A DNA stretch of 64,000 nt from Marinovum sp. (GCA_022447495.1 JAKVBH010000019.1:5114-69113), one strand, 5' to 3'. Shown: positions 1 through 10,353, counted from the first letter of the stretch. The notes: generated from the letters alone by a model not told the origin. Translations and numbers: made by a program.

Positions 1-208
1 GGCATTTTATTTCTTGGCAATGACCCTGCGTACGATCCCGGTGGGGATTGCCTATGCGCTTTGGTCGGGCTTGGGGATCTTCCTAATCACCTTCATCGGC
101 TGGTTTGTGTTTGGCCAAAAACTCGATGGCCCCGCACTTATCGGACTTGGCTTGATCGTGGCTGGCATTGCTGTGATGCAGCTCTTTTCCAAGACGATTG
201 GCCATTGA
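1..208 (+). CDS. SMR (EmrE/QacE) family small multidrug exporter, 5'-truncated by window edge
   Basis: [14 protein letters not shown]...FGQKLD...GLGLIVAGI is the SMR C-terminal signature. Confidence 0.9.
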   Translation, partial: AFYFLAMTLRTIPVGIAYALWSGLGIFLITFIGWFVFGQKLDGPALIGLGLIVAGIAVMQLFSKTIGH

Positions 209-386
209 TTCTGGCGTCGCGCGAGGCGCGACTTGTTGGATTTGAACATTTGGGACCAGAAGAAACTCCGAGATGTTCTCTCCGAAGGCCCTATGTCGCT
301 GCTCAAGCGCCAAAGCGGCACCTTTGCTCTGGCGTTCTGCAGCGCGGCATTGTAGGGCGCGCGCACCACTCCTGAGAGGACCCGTC

Positions 387-2204
387 ATGGATCTGCGCAA
401 CATCGCCATAATCGCCCACGTTGACCACGGCAAAACAACCTTGGTTGACGAGCTGTTGAAGCAATCGGGCGCGTTCCGCGCGAACCAAGCTGTGGCCGAA
501 CGTGCCATGGACAGCAACGACCTCGAACGCGAGCGCGGGATTACCATCTTCGCCAAACCCACGTCGGTGGAATGGAAAACCACGCGCATCAATATCGTTG
601 ACACCCCAGGCCACGCCGATTTCGGCGGCGAGGTGGAGCGCATCTTGAGCATGGTTGACGGGGTTGTCTTGTTGGTAGATGCGGCCGAAGGGCCGATGCC
701 GCAGACCAAATTCGTAACCTCTAAAGCGCTGGCGCTTGGCCTACGCCCCATTGTGGTACTCAACAAAGTCGACAAACCAGATGCTGAGCCCGACCGTGCG
801 CTAGATGAGTGTTTTGATCTTTTCGCCTCGCTCGACGCCAACGACGACCAACTCGACTTTCCCCACATGTATGCATCGGGCCGCAATGGTTGGGCAGACC
901 ATGAGTTGGACGGTCCGCGCAAAGACCTCTCCGCCCTCTTTGATCTCATCGTAAACCATGTACCCGCGCCCAAGCAAATCGCGCAGAAAAACGACGATTT
1001 CCGCATGCTGGCCACCACCCTGGGGTCCGATCCCTTTGTCGGACGCATTCTAACCGGTCGCGTGGAAAGCGGCACACTTAAAGTCGGCGCCACCGTACAG
1101 GCGCTGAGCCGCATTGGCCAAAAGATCGAACAGTTCCGCGTCACCAAAATCCGCGCCTTTCGCGGGTTGGAAGAAGCAGATATCGAAGAGGCGACTGCAG
1201 GCGACATCGTCTCGCTCTCAGGGATGGCGAAAGCGACAGTGGCCGACACGATCTGTGCGCTGGCGGTAGAAGAGCCGCTGGACGCGCAGCCCATTGACCC
1301 GCCCACAATCACCGTGACATTTGGCATCAACGATAGCCCCCTGGCCGGCCGCGAAGGCAAAAAGGTCCAATCCCGCGTGATCCGCGACCGCCTCTACAAA
1401 GAAGCCGAGAGCAACGTTGCCATCAAGATCAACGACACTCCGGGCGGCGAAGCTTTCGAAGTTTCTGGCCGTGGCGAATTGCAGATGGGCGTACTCATAG
1501 AAAACATGCGCCGTGAAGGCTTCGAGCTTTCGATCTCGCGCCCACAGGTGATCATGCGCGAAATTGACGGTGTGCGCCAAGAACCCATCGAAGAAGCCAC
1601 GATCGACGTTGATGACGAATATTCCGGCGCGGTGATCGAAAAGCTCACTGGCACGCGAAAAGGCGAATTGGCCGAGATGCGCCCCGCCGGCGCGGGAAAG
1701 ACGCGGATCATTGCGCTTGTCCCGTCACGCGGCCTGATCGGGTATCACGGCGAGTTTCTCACCGACACGCGCGGCACTGGTGTGCTCAACCGCGTGTTCC
1801 ACTCTTGGGCGCCTTACAAGGGGTCGATCCCCGGGCGACGCGCAGGCGTGCTGATCTCGATGGAAAACGGCGTGTCCGTGGCCTACGCACTGTGGAACCT
1901 CGAAGAGCGCGGCAAAATGATGATTGGCGCTCAAGAGCAAGTCTACACTGGCATGATCATTGGGGAGCACAGCCGCGACAATGACCTTGAGGTGAACCCG
2001 CTCAAAGGTAAAAAGCTCACCAATGTAAGGGCCTCCGGCTCGGACGACGCCGTGCGCCTGACCACGCCCATGAGCCTGTCCCTTGAAGAGGCCATTGCTT
2101 ACATCAACGACGACGAGTTGGTGGAGGTCACGCCCAACACTGTGCGCCTCCGCAAGCGCTATCTTGATCCACATGAACGCAAACGGATGAGCAAACAATC
2201 CTGA
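387..2204 (+). CDS. typA: Translational GTPase TypA/BipA
   Basis: [51 protein letters not shown]; start placed at ATG 387 after GAGGA. Confidence 0.97.
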   Translation: MDLRNIAIIAHVDHGKTTLVDELLKQSGAFRANQAVAERAMDSNDLERERGITIFAKPTSVEWKTTRINIVDTPGHADFGGEVERILSMVDGVVLLVDAAEGPMPQTKFVTSKALALGLRPIVVLNKVDKPDAEPDRALDECFDLFASLDANDDQLDFPHMYASGRNGWADHELDGPRKDLSALFDLIVNHVPAPKQIAQKNDDFRMLATTLGSDPFVGRILTGRVESGTLKVGATVQALSRIGQKIEQFRVTKIRAFRGLEEADIEEATAGDIVSLSGMAKATVADTICALAVEEPLDAQPIDPPTITVTFGINDSPLAGREGKKVQSRVIRDRLYKEAESNVAIKINDTPGGEAFEVSGRGELQMGVLIENMRREGFELSISRPQVIMREIDGVRQEPIEEATIDVDDEYSGAVIEKLTGTRKGELAEMRPAGAGKTRIIALVPSRGLIGYHGEFLTDTRGTGVLNRVFHSWAPYKGSIPGRRAGVLISMENGVSVAYALWNLEERGKMMIGAQEQVYTGMIIGEHSRDNDLEVNPLKGKKLTNVRASGSDDAVRLTTPMSLSLEEAIAYINDDELVEVTPNTVRLRKRYLDPHERKRMSKQS

Positions 2205-2235
2205 GACTTTCGATATGAGGATTTTGTTGGCAGCA

Positions 2236-2258
2236 CGCTTCAACCCAGGATTGAAGCG
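2236..2258. terminator. Hairpin between convergent typA and DUF815 genes, possible terminator
   Basis: CGCTTCAA-cccagga-TTGAAGCG, 8-bp stem, weak U-tract. Confidence 0.4.
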
Positions 2259-2382
2259 CGTTTCACGCGCCTCCCGCAACTCCAATTTTCGCATTAACCA
2301 CAATTCGCTACAGGAATCGTGCACCTGTACAATTGGGCGCGGGCGGCGCGTTTGACTGTGGATAAGGTTGTGAGTGACAGGG

Positions 2383-3237
2383 TTACATTGCGACCGCCAC
2401 GCCCTTGCGCCCGGCCAAATCCGTGAAATACTGCCAGGCAACACGCCCTGATCGCGAGCCGCGTGTGGCTTGCCATTCGATGGCTTCAGCGCGCAACGTC
2501 TCGTCATCGATATCAACTCCGTGGGCGTCGCAATAGCCGCGGATCATCGCCAGGTAATCGTCCTGGGCGCAGGGATGGAACCCAAGCCAAAGCCCGAAAC
2601 GGTCAGACAAAGACACCTTCTCTTCCACCGCCTCGGACGGGTTGATCGATGAACTGCGCTCATTCTCGATCATGTCTCGTGGCATTAGGTGACGACGGTT
2701 CGATGTGGCATAGAGAACGACATTGTCGGGTCGGCCTTCGATGCCACCATCCAAAATCGCCTTTAGCGATTTGTAATGCGCGTCGTCATGGCTAAAGCTG
2801 AGGTCATCGCAGAAAAGGATGAACCGCTCATTCGCGCCGCGGAGCTGGCCAAGCAGCCGCCCCACCGAGGGGAGGTCCTCGCGAAGCAACTCGACGATCT
2901 TGAGCCCGGGATAGGCCTCCACCACATCAGCATGGATCGCCTTCACCAAACTAGACTTGCCCATGCCGCGCGCGCCCCAAAGAAGCGCGTTGTTGGCGGG
3001 CAAACCCGCGGCGAACTGAGTTGTGTTGGCTAAAAGCGTGTCCCGCGCGCGATCCACACCGAGCAAGAGTGCAAGATCAACTCGGCTCACGTGGGACACC
3101 GGCACCAATGCATCCGGATCAGCGTGCCACATGAACGCACCAGCGGAGTTGAAATCAGGTGCGTTGAGCGGCGCGGGAGCCATACGCTCCAACGCCGCCG
3201 CGATGCGATGCAGGGCCTCCGTCGAAAGATCAGTCAC
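2383..3237 (-). CDS. DUF815-family AAA+ ATPase
   Basis: Walker A GARGMGKSS, LFCDDLSF, YATSNRRHL, EEKVSLSDRFGL; GTG start overlaps end of tatC. Confidence 0.9.
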   Translation of the reverse strand: MTDLSTEALHRIAAALERMAPAPLNAPDFNSAGAFMWHADPDALVPVSHVSRVDLALLLGVDRARDTLLANTTQFAAGLPANNALLWGARGMGKSSLVKAIHADVVEAYPGLKIVELLREDLPSVGRLLGQLRGANERFILFCDDLSFSHDDAHYKSLKAILDGGIEGRPDNVVLYATSNRRHLMPRDMIENERSSSINPSEAVEEKVSLSDRFGLWLGFHPCAQDDYLAMIRGYCDAHGVDIDDETLRAEAIEWQATRGSRSGRVAWQYFTDLAGRKGVAVAM

Positions 3238-4192
3238 GCGTATTCGACCCGTCTTCGGCACCCATTTGGGCCATCAATTCGTCTTCTTCGGCTTCGACGT
3301 CGTCTTCCTCAAAGTCTTCTTCTTCGAACCAAAGACCTTCTTCGCGAAGCTGTTTTTCACGGCGCTTTTCGACCCGTCCGACAAGGAAAATCGAAATCTC
3401 ATAAAGCCCGTAGACCACGGTGAAGAGGATCAGCTGCGTAATGACATCGGGCGGCGTCACAAGCGCGGCCAAGACCAGAATGCCCACGGCCGCGTATTTG
3501 CGCACGGCTCCAAGGCCTTGCTTGGACACCAATCCCGCCTTGCCCATCAACGTGAGCAACACCGGTAGCTGAAAACAAATCCCAAAGGCAAAGACGAAGG
3601 CCAATGTCGTCCGCAAGCTTTCGTTGATCTTGCCAATGAACTCAACGCGGCTGGCCTGCTGCGGGGTTGATCCCGTGGCGGTATCTTCGCTGAGCACCGC
3701 AACCGGCGTACCCATTGCCAAATCGGCGAACCCCAACAAAAATCGCATGGCCAATGGTGTCACAACGAAATGCGCAAACGCCGCGCCCAGCATGAACATG
3801 ATTGGAGACGCGATCATGAACGGCAAAAACGCGTTCTTCTCGCTGCGATACAGTCCCGGCGCCACGAACCGCCACAACTGATAGGCGATGAAGGGAAAGG
3901 TCAGACCGAACCCAAACACCATCGAGATTTTGAAGAGCGCAAAAAGATATTCCTCCGGAGCCGTGTATTGGAAATTGGCCACCGGATAGCCGAAATCATT
4001 CAACGTAGTAACGATTGGGCCCAAGAGGAACCAAAGGATGTGCACCGCAATGAACTGACCGTTCACCGGCAAAAAGAGCACAAAGATACCAATCACAAAT
4101 GCCACTACGGACCGAATGAGCCGGGTGCGCAACTCCGCCAGGTGCTCAATTAATGGGGCCTGACTATCGTCGATGTCTTCTTGCTGGCTCAT
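3230..4192 (-). CDS. tatC: Twin-arginine translocase subunit TatC
   Basis: [37 protein letters not shown]. Confidence 0.97.
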   Translation of the reverse strand: MSQQEDIDDSQAPLIEHLAELRTRLIRSVVAFVIGIFVLFLPVNGQFIAVHILWFLLGPIVTTLNDFGYPVANFQYTAPEEYLFALFKISMVFGFGLTFPFIAYQLWRFVAPGLYRSEKNAFLPFMIASPIMFMLGAAFAHFVVTPLAMRFLLGFADLAMGTPVAVLSEDTATGSTPQQASRVEFIGKINESLRTTLAFVFAFGICFQLPVLLTLMGKAGLVSKQGLGAVRKYAAVGILVLAALVTPPDVITQLILFTVVYGLYEISIFLVGRVEKRREKQLREEGLWFEEEDFEEDDVEAEEDELMAQMGAEDGSNTRD

Positions 4193-4665
4193 GTCGCCTC
4201 GTCGGACTTATCGGTGGATATGGCTTCCAACTCTTCGGCGCGCTTGATCGCGGCATCGGCCTCGGCACGCATGCGCTCTGCTTGGCGGCGAGCGGTACTG
4301 GCCTCAATCTTGGCGCGCTGCGCTTCACGCTCGGCTGCAAGCTTGCCGGTGGCACTGTCGGGGTCGATGTCTTTGAACGGGCTATCAAGATCGTTGAGCG
4401 GATTAAGGCCCGCCGTTGCGTCTTTCACGCTGTCCATAGCCGCGCCCACAGGATTGGTAGCGGCCTTGAGGCTCTTCTGAACCTCACGCACGCCCGCTTC
4501 ATCAGCCGCATCATTCATCGCGCGGCTAAATTCGCGCGCCATGCCCCGCATTTTACCCACAAACTGCCCCACCTTTCGGAAGAGCACGGGCAAATCTTTG
4601 GGTCCTACCACAATGAGGGCCACGATGCCCACAATGAGGAGTTCCCCCCAACTAAATCCGCCCAA
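4189..4665 (-). CDS. tatB: Twin-arginine translocase subunit TatB
   Basis: [19 protein letters not shown], position between tatA and tatC; TTG start. Confidence 0.95.
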   Translation of the reverse strand: MGGFSWGELLIVGIVALIVVGPKDLPVLFRKVGQFVGKMRGMAREFSRAMNDAADEAGVREVQKSLKAATNPVGAAMDSVKDATAGLNPLNDLDSPFKDIDPDSATGKLAAEREAQRAKIEASTARRQAERMRAEADAAIKRAEELEAISTDKSDEAT

Positions 4666-4669
4666 AGGT

Positions 4670-4891
4670 TCAGACCTTGTCTTTGTCGGCCTCTTCAGGC
4701 GTCACGTCTTTGGCCGCAGCCGCTGCATCCGCTTCAAGCTCTTCGGTGCCGTCTTTCACGCCCTTTTTGAACGCCGTGATACCTTTGCCCACTTCGCCCA
4801 TGAGGTTCGCGATTTTGCCGCGACCAAAAAGGACCAGAACCACAACCGCGATAAGCAGAATGCCCGGAAGCCCAATATTGCCAAGACCCAT
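4670..4891 (-). CDS. tatA: Twin-arginine translocase subunit TatA
   Basis: [22 protein letters not shown]...[10 protein letters not shown]; ATG 4891 after GGGAGA. Confidence 0.95.
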   Translation of the reverse strand: MGLGNIGLPGILLIAVVVLVLFGRGKIANLMGEVGKGITAFKKGVKDGTEELEADAAAAAKDVTPEEADKDKV

Positions 4892-4994
4892 AGTGTCTCT
4901 CCCAAAAGAATCTGTCGTTGCATTCAAAATAAACAGCCCAAAGCCGCAACAGAACGGCCATTAGCCCCAGAAAAAGCTGTATCTGACACAAATA

Positions 4995-5023
4995 TTGACA
5001 CTATAGTGTCAGTAGCGTAAATA
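4995..5023 (+). promoter_or_regulatory. Sigma70-like promoter of WYL gene overlapped by perfect 16-bp palindrome (candidate operator)
   Basis: TTGACA(4995)-N17-TAAATA(5018); palindrome TGACACTATAGTGTCA at 4996-5011. Confidence 0.7.
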
Positions 5024-5028
5024 AAAGC

Positions 5029-5664
5029 ATGGCAAAATCCGATCGCCTCACGCGCCTTATGTCCGCCTTGGAACGAGAGCTAGCGCAACGGGCCGAAGAC
5101 CTCGCCAAAGAGCTTGGCGTAACCCCGCGCACGATCTATCGCGACATGGAATCCCTGCGCGCGGCTGGGGTCGACATCACCGGGACACGCGGGCAAGGCT
5201 ATCGGGCGACCCATGCACTGACATTGCCGCCTGTGAGCTTAAGTGAACCGGAATTGGAAGCCCTTTATCTGGGATTGGCGATCATCGAAGCTGGCGAGGA
5301 TGCACAACTCGCCACCGCCGCGCGAACGCTTTCAGAGCGCCTTGACCAGGTTCTCCCTCAAGAACGCTCCCGACCCGCCGACCTTGCGGCCACCGCACGG
5401 ATTGCACCGCGCAATCTGCGTCATTTGGCCCCGTTCCGCGCGGCCATTCGAGCACGTCAAAAACTTCAACTCCGCTTCCGCGACAAAACCCACATCCTGC
5501 ATCCTGAGTCACTCTCGCATTGGGGTCGACTGTGGACATGGAAAGGGTGGAGCGAAACAAGCCAAAGCCATCTTGAAGGCAGCCTTGATGACATCCAAAC
5601 CTTGAGTCCGATGCCTGAATTATTCATCGCATCGCCTCTGTCTGACGAAGAAAATTCAGGATAA
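5029..5664 (+). CDS. YafY-family HTH-WYL transcriptional regulator
   Basis: AEDLAKELGVTPRTIYRDMESL...G.GY (HTH_11), LPPVSLSEPELEAL, C-terminal WYL-like HPESL...WTWKGWSE. Confidence 0.85.
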   Translation: MAKSDRLTRLMSALERELAQRAEDLAKELGVTPRTIYRDMESLRAAGVDITGTRGQGYRATHALTLPPVSLSEPELEALYLGLAIIEAGEDAQLATAARTLSERLDQVLPQERSRPADLAATARIAPRNLRHLAPFRAAIRARQKLQLRFRDKTHILHPESLSHWGRLWTWKGWSETSQSHLEGSLDDIQTLSPMPELFIASPLSDEENSG

Positions 5665-6828
5665 AGGGTCCGCTGAAGCAGATGGCAAAGCCTCTGTATC
5701 GACCGCATTCGGTTGGTCGCCTAGAGGGTGCCGCAGGCGTTCACTTTGACAACGCTTCGCTGGAAAGACAAAGCATTTGTCGCGGCGCAGGGTCAGCCAA
5801 AATGGGGTATCTACTGGCGGTAAAAAGACGTTGGGAACCGTGACGCGCATAGGTGCACCACCGTAATCCGTGGTCAACTCGATCAGGCTTTCCGACCCCA
5901 TGAAACGCGCGCGGCTAACGACCCCACGTACCGCCGTACCCCGCGCCGTGGTAGGTTGCGGACCCTTGCCTGTTCGATCGAATTCAAGGCTGACATGTTG
6001 CGGGCGGCATACGATCTCCACATCAGTGCTATCCGCGATACCTGGGCACGAAAACTCTCCGTAGGGTGTTTGGGCCAAAGCCCCGTCCACCTGCGCCCTA
6101 ATGAGGTTGATGTCGCTAAAAAACGCCACCGCCGCTTTGTCACACGGCGCATTGTAGATGTTGTAAGGCGCACCCACTTGGATAATCCGCCCCCCGCGCA
6201 TCAAAGCGATTTGATCCGCCATGCGCATCGCCTCTTCGGGCTCATGCGTGATCAACAAAACCGCCGCGCCCTCTTCCTTTAACAAGGCCAAGGTCTCATC
6301 GCGGATGCCATCGCGCAGGCGATTGTCGAGGCCAGAGAACGGCTCATCCATCAACATCACCCGCGGTTTTGGCGCCAGGGCGCGTACAAGCGCCACGCGC
6401 TGTTGTTCACCGCCGGACAATTGATGAGGATGGGCATCCATATAATGGGCAAGACCGACCTTCTCGAGCAATTCCGCAGCTCGGTCGAGTTTGGCTTTGC
6501 GAGAGCCTTTCAGCCCAAACACCACGTTTTTAGCAACGCTCAGATGTGGAAACAGAGCAAAGTCTTGGAACATCAAACCAATGCCCCGATGCTCCGGTGG
6601 GAGCGAGTGCCGCGTGTCGCACACAAGCGCGCCGTCAACGTAAATTTCGCCACTGTCTTGTTGATCGACGCCAGCGATCATCCGAAGCGTCGTAGACTTG
6701 CCACAGCCAGACGGTCCCAGGAGACAGACGACATCGCCCGCGTCAATTGAGAATGACACATCATCGACGGCCCGGACGCCACCAAAATTGCGAGTGAGGT
6801 GACGCACCTCAAGCCGTGGTGAAGACAT
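5656..6828 (-). CDS. ABC transporter ATP-binding protein (FbpC/PotA-like), no adjacent permease
   Basis: GPSGCGKST, FQDFALFPHL, LSGGEQQRVAL, LMDEPF; TOBE-like C-terminus. Confidence 0.9.
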   Translation of the reverse strand: MSSPRLEVRHLTRNFGGVRAVDDVSFSIDAGDVVCLLGPSGCGKSTTLRMIAGVDQQDSGEIYVDGALVCDTRHSLPPEHRGIGLMFQDFALFPHLSVAKNVVFGLKGSRKAKLDRAAELLEKVGLAHYMDAHPHQLSGGEQQRVALVRALAPKPRVMLMDEPFSGLDNRLRDGIRDETLALLKEEGAAVLLITHEPEEAMRMADQIALMRGGRIIQVGAPYNIYNAPCDKAAVAFFSDINLIRAQVDGALAQTPYGEFSCPGIADSTDVEIVCRPQHVSLEFDRTGKGPQPTTARGTAVRGVVSRARFMGSESLIELTTDYGGAPMRVTVPNVFLPPVDTPFWLTLRRDKCFVFPAKRCQSERLRHPLGDQPNAVDTEALPSASADPLS

Positions 6829-6893
6829 GCCCAATAACAGCAATCCCGATAGAAACGCTTCGGCGCGTTGGCTATCAATCAAAGGTCACAAGG

Positions 6894-7937
6894 TCAACAA
6901 CAGCTAAAAGCGCTCAGGTCGTCGGCATTGAACGGCGACGCTGCGCCACAGCCTTCGAAAATGCCGTAATGGGTCGAAAAATCGCCGATGAACGTGAAAT
7001 GCTCCGCAAAGCGTGTCTCGTTCAGCATCATCCATGTATTGCCGCATACGGGGAAGACCTTCCCCGTTTCAATGACATGATGATCATCGAGCACAAACTC
7101 ATGGGGCGCGTTTTCGATTGTGCCCTTGTAGATCACAGCCTGACCGTAATCCTCGCAATCACTTTCCAAACCGTCGAGCTTGAACAAACGGTATATGGTG
7201 GACTGGAAATTCAGCGGAGCCACGCGCGCTTCAAGCATTGCGTTCTCAATGGTTAGTGGCCGTGTCGTGACCATCCGGGGATCGCCGAACCCGGCCCCCT
7301 TGGCGAAGCTCAAAAAATCATTCCAATAGAGCGCGCCAGAGAGGCATTCGCCATAGAGCACATCGTCTTTGGCCATCTCCTGAGGCACGCGTCGGTCGGC
7401 ATAGACATCAGAGAAATAAAACTCACCGCCGGGTTTCAGCAGTTTATAGGCACCGCGCAGGACCGCCTCTTTATCCGTGGCCAAATTTACCACGCAGTTT
7501 GAGACAATGATGTCAAAGCTGCCAGGCTCAAGGGGCAATTGACCAAGCTCTTCTATGAAGCCTTGGTGGAACTCCACATTTGACGCGGGATGACCAAACG
7601 TCTTTGCGTGCCAAGCCTGATGTGTTCTGGCGACATTCAACTGAGCCTGTGTCATATCCACGCCGACCACATGGCCTTCGGGACCTACCAATTGGGAGAG
7701 CGCATAGACGTCACGACCCGCGCCACAGCCCAAGTCCAACACCCGGGCGCCGTTGAGTGCGAGCGGAGCGATAAGCCCACAACCATAATATTTGACCATG
7801 ACCTCATCATGGATGTTGCGCAGCACGTCCTTGATCCATTCCGGCATCTTGTCAGGTGTACAGCATGCGTTGGTCTGCAAATCCGCGGAACTTTGGAGCG
7901 TTTCACCGTAATAGGTCTGGACGTTTTCGTGCTTCAT
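6894..7937 (-). CDS. arsM: Arsenite S-adenosylmethionine methyltransferase (ArsM/AS3MT-like)
   Basis: LQTNACC, KYYGCG, LDLGCGAGRD, SNCVVNL, GECLSGALYW, VCGNT, C-terminal CC. Confidence 0.85.
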   Translation of the reverse strand: MKHENVQTYYGETLQSSADLQTNACCTPDKMPEWIKDVLRNIHDEVMVKYYGCGLIAPLALNGARVLDLGCGAGRDVYALSQLVGPEGHVVGVDMTQAQLNVARTHQAWHAKTFGHPASNVEFHQGFIEELGQLPLEPGSFDIIVSNCVVNLATDKEAVLRGAYKLLKPGGEFYFSDVYADRRVPQEMAKDDVLYGECLSGALYWNDFLSFAKGAGFGDPRMVTTRPLTIENAMLEARVAPLNFQSTIYRLFKLDGLESDCEDYGQAVIYKGTIENAPHEFVLDDHHVIETGKVFPVCGNTWMMLNETRFAEHFTFIGDFSTHYGIFEGCGAASPFNADDLSAFSCC

Positions 7938-8130
7938 CTCGGAGTGCCTTCTTCCTGGGTGCCGAATTGGTATCCCGCTCGGCCTCGCGACAAAAGACAG
8001 TTCACGCATGTGTGTTGGACGCGTCACCTGAACCGAGAAGATTGCCCAATGATCTTTCATTTGGCGCCATGTCACATCAACCCTAGCCTCCGCCTCTACA
8101 CTAAATAACGCCAGACATTATGGTATCAGC

Positions 8131-8454
8131 AAGAACTATCGATTGGTCATTGGTTTCGTTTTGTAAGGTGCTTTAAACAGCGCGCCAGGCATGGTGATTG
8201 CTGCGCCAACCACACAACAAATTTGCAACAAAATGATCTCGGACGGTCGAGCGGGCGGCGTATCCCAATCCGAGTGTCTGTGTCGCTATCGCGTGGCAAA
8301 TGCAATCTTGAACGATGATTTAAAAGCGCAGCTCTTCGATGCTTGGTACATTGGAGACAACAACATGACCAAAATGGAGCGCCTTCCCAACCAATCGCGC
8401 GTGCGGGAACCACTGCGCACGATGCAAAAGTTGCTACAACCAAACTGCGGCTAA
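8131..8454 (+). pseudogene. Small Cys-containing secreted protein, signal peptide broken by stop
   Basis: In frame with ORF 8191-8454: KNYRLVIGFVL*GALNSAPGMVIAA, TAA at 8164-8166; 4 Cys in mature part. Confidence 0.45.
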
Positions 8455-8558
8455 TTGCCAAGTCACAATACGGGAAATAGGGAACACTTGAGCGCTCCAG
8501 CGATGAAGATCACGTCGCTTCCGTTTTGATCGTGGCTTCGCACGGTTGGGCCAGCTCC

Positions 8559-9707
8559 TCAATCAACGAGGTCAAACTTCAAATCCCCAAGAAGCATCCC
8601 ATTCACCTGCATCTGAATGCGGTGCACGCCAGGAAAGATGCGAAACGTGGTGGCGTCCCATTTGAGTTTGTGGACTTTCTTCACCGTGAGCGGTGTTCCT
8701 GCCTTGATCTCTGCGTTCTTCAGTTTGAAGGTCTTGGGAGCCGTTTGGCCGTTGGCTTTCACGAAGTGCACGATGTAGTCGATCACAACAGGTAGATCGA
8801 CGTCCGCTTGGAGCGTGGCTTCGAACTGCAAGGGTACACCGCGTTCAAAGCGCTCCGCGGCGAGACCAAAACCAGCCAATTTCAATGACGGGTGGGCGTT
8901 ATAGCCTAAAAGCGCCAAGGCCTCCGGCGCGCCTGCCTTCACAGCAGAACGCAGTGCATGGCGGGTCATCCAACCAAGTTCTTTGGCATCTTGCCGCCCA
9001 ACGTCACGCCACGTCTCAAGCCGCTCATAGGCGGCGACAGGATCTATTTTCCATATATCATTAAGATGGTTGGCCACCGAGCGCGTGACGAACCGCGTGC
9101 CGTCAGCATGGACCATATCCAAAAGTTCAAGTGGCACATGCGGGTCGAGATCAATGTTCTTAGCCCAAGGCAATTTTGGTCTGGTGCCCTCGCTGACCAA
9201 CCGGCGCACATGGTAGTTGTCGTCCACAGCCCAATTCCGCAGCCGCGTCAGCGTCTCTTGAGGCCAACGGTTGAGAAATGGGCGGATGTAGAACTCCATC
9301 GAAAAGCGCTGGGTCGCAGCATAGAGCAGATCAAGACTGCGCTCGCGATGCTGTTGGAGGCCATGACGCACGGCGAGAATGCCCGGGATAGAATGGATGA
9401 AACGGCCAAAGTCGTCGTCCTTCAACGACGGATTCAAACGAGCGGGCATCGCCGCCTCAAGTTGGTCCGCCTTGGTCGGGAAGTCGGCTGCGAGTTGCTC
9501 GTCGATGCAATCCGCGACGTAGTCCAGCCGGTCGAGAAATGTCCGCTCCGCCATGCCCGCCAGCGCCTTGGTGTGAAATCGGTCTGCGTCAAAGCCATCG
9601 AGCACAGCGTATTCATGCGCCAAATCATGCAAGCTATCGGTGTTCAGAAGTTGATCGGCCAGCGAGAAACCAGCACCACCACCCTTGCCATCAGGACCAC
9701 GCGCCAC
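8559..9707 (-). CDS. AlkC-like HEAT-repeat DNA glycosylase with C-terminal beta-rich domain
   Basis: TQRFSMEFYIRPFL, HVRRLVSEGTRPKLPW, FVTRSVANHLNDI, C-terminal KTFKLK...PGVHRIQMQVNG. Confidence 0.8.
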   Translation of the reverse strand: MARGPDGKGGGAGFSLADQLLNTDSLHDLAHEYAVLDGFDADRFHTKALAGMAERTFLDRLDYVADCIDEQLAADFPTKADQLEAAMPARLNPSLKDDDFGRFIHSIPGILAVRHGLQQHRERSLDLLYAATQRFSMEFYIRPFLNRWPQETLTRLRNWAVDDNYHVRRLVSEGTRPKLPWAKNIDLDPHVPLELLDMVHADGTRFVTRSVANHLNDIWKIDPVAAYERLETWRDVGRQDAKELGWMTRHALRSAVKAGAPEALALLGYNAHPSLKLAGFGLAAERFERGVPLQFEATLQADVDLPVVIDYIVHFVKANGQTAPKTFKLKNAEIKAGTPLTVKKVHKLKWDATTFRIFPGVHRIQMQVNGMLLGDLKFDLVD

Positions 9708-9710
9708 AGC

Positions 9711-10340
9711 TTAAACGCTCCCAGGTTTGCGGGCCCACAAAAGGCCAAGCCCAAACACAATCATCGTTCCCCCCGACAGCTTTTGCACATGGGTCAAATA
9801 CTGCCCCGCACCTGAGGCCGCGACGCGCCCCACCAAAGCATAGGCAAGGATCGCGACGAACTCGAGCACAAGGAAAATCGCGCCCTCGAGAGCGTAGCTT
9901 GCCCAGTAACTTTCTGGGTTCACAAATTGGGGAAAGAACGCTGCGAAGGTCAGAATCGCTTTGGGATTTGAAAATGCAACCAAGGTCTCTCTGCGAAAGG
10001 CGATTTTCAGCCCCGTCCCCTCGGTTGTCATCTCCGTCTCCGGCACATCAGCGCGCAGCAGTTTGATCCCCAGATATATCAGATACGCCGCTCCGATGAC
10101 CTTCGCTGCGGTAAAGGCCCAAGCGGACGCAGACATAAGCACACCGAGGCCAAGCGCGCTGATCAAGATCATTGGTAAGAACGCTAAAAACCGCCCACAG
10201 GCCGCGGTCGTTGCAAAGCGCACGCCGGATTTGGCCGCGTTGGTCATGGCCATCAAGTTATTGGGACCAAAAGCCAAATTGATGGCAAAGCACGCCGGGA
10301 TGAAAAGCCAAAGATCAATTATCACAGCGCACTTTCCCAA
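9711..10340 (-). CDS. LysE/RhtB family translocator
   Basis: FGPNN, KVIGAAYLIYLGI, NPKAILTFAAFFPQF; true start may be GTG 10325. Confidence 0.9.
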   Translation of the reverse strand: MGKCAVIIDLWLFIPACFAINLAFGPNNLMAMTNAAKSGVRFATTAACGRFLAFLPMILISALGLGVLMSASAWAFTAAKVIGAAYLIYLGIKLLRADVPETEMTTEGTGLKIAFRRETLVAFSNPKAILTFAAFFPQFVNPESYWASYALEGAIFLVLEFVAILAYALVGRVAASGAGQYLTHVQKLSGGTMIVFGLGLLWARKPGSV

Positions 10341-10353
10341 AACTACCGCGCTG

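Noticed and set aside
83-1360. 425-aa minus-strand ORF
   Set aside because: Antisense shadow of typA with no motifs, typical of high-GC coding DNA
1725-2516. 263-aa minus-strand ORF
   Set aside because: Overlaps typA antisense and the DUF815 gene out of frame
7938-8110. Possible riboswitch or ArsR operator upstream of arsM
   Set aside because: No recognisable aptamer or convincing palindrome
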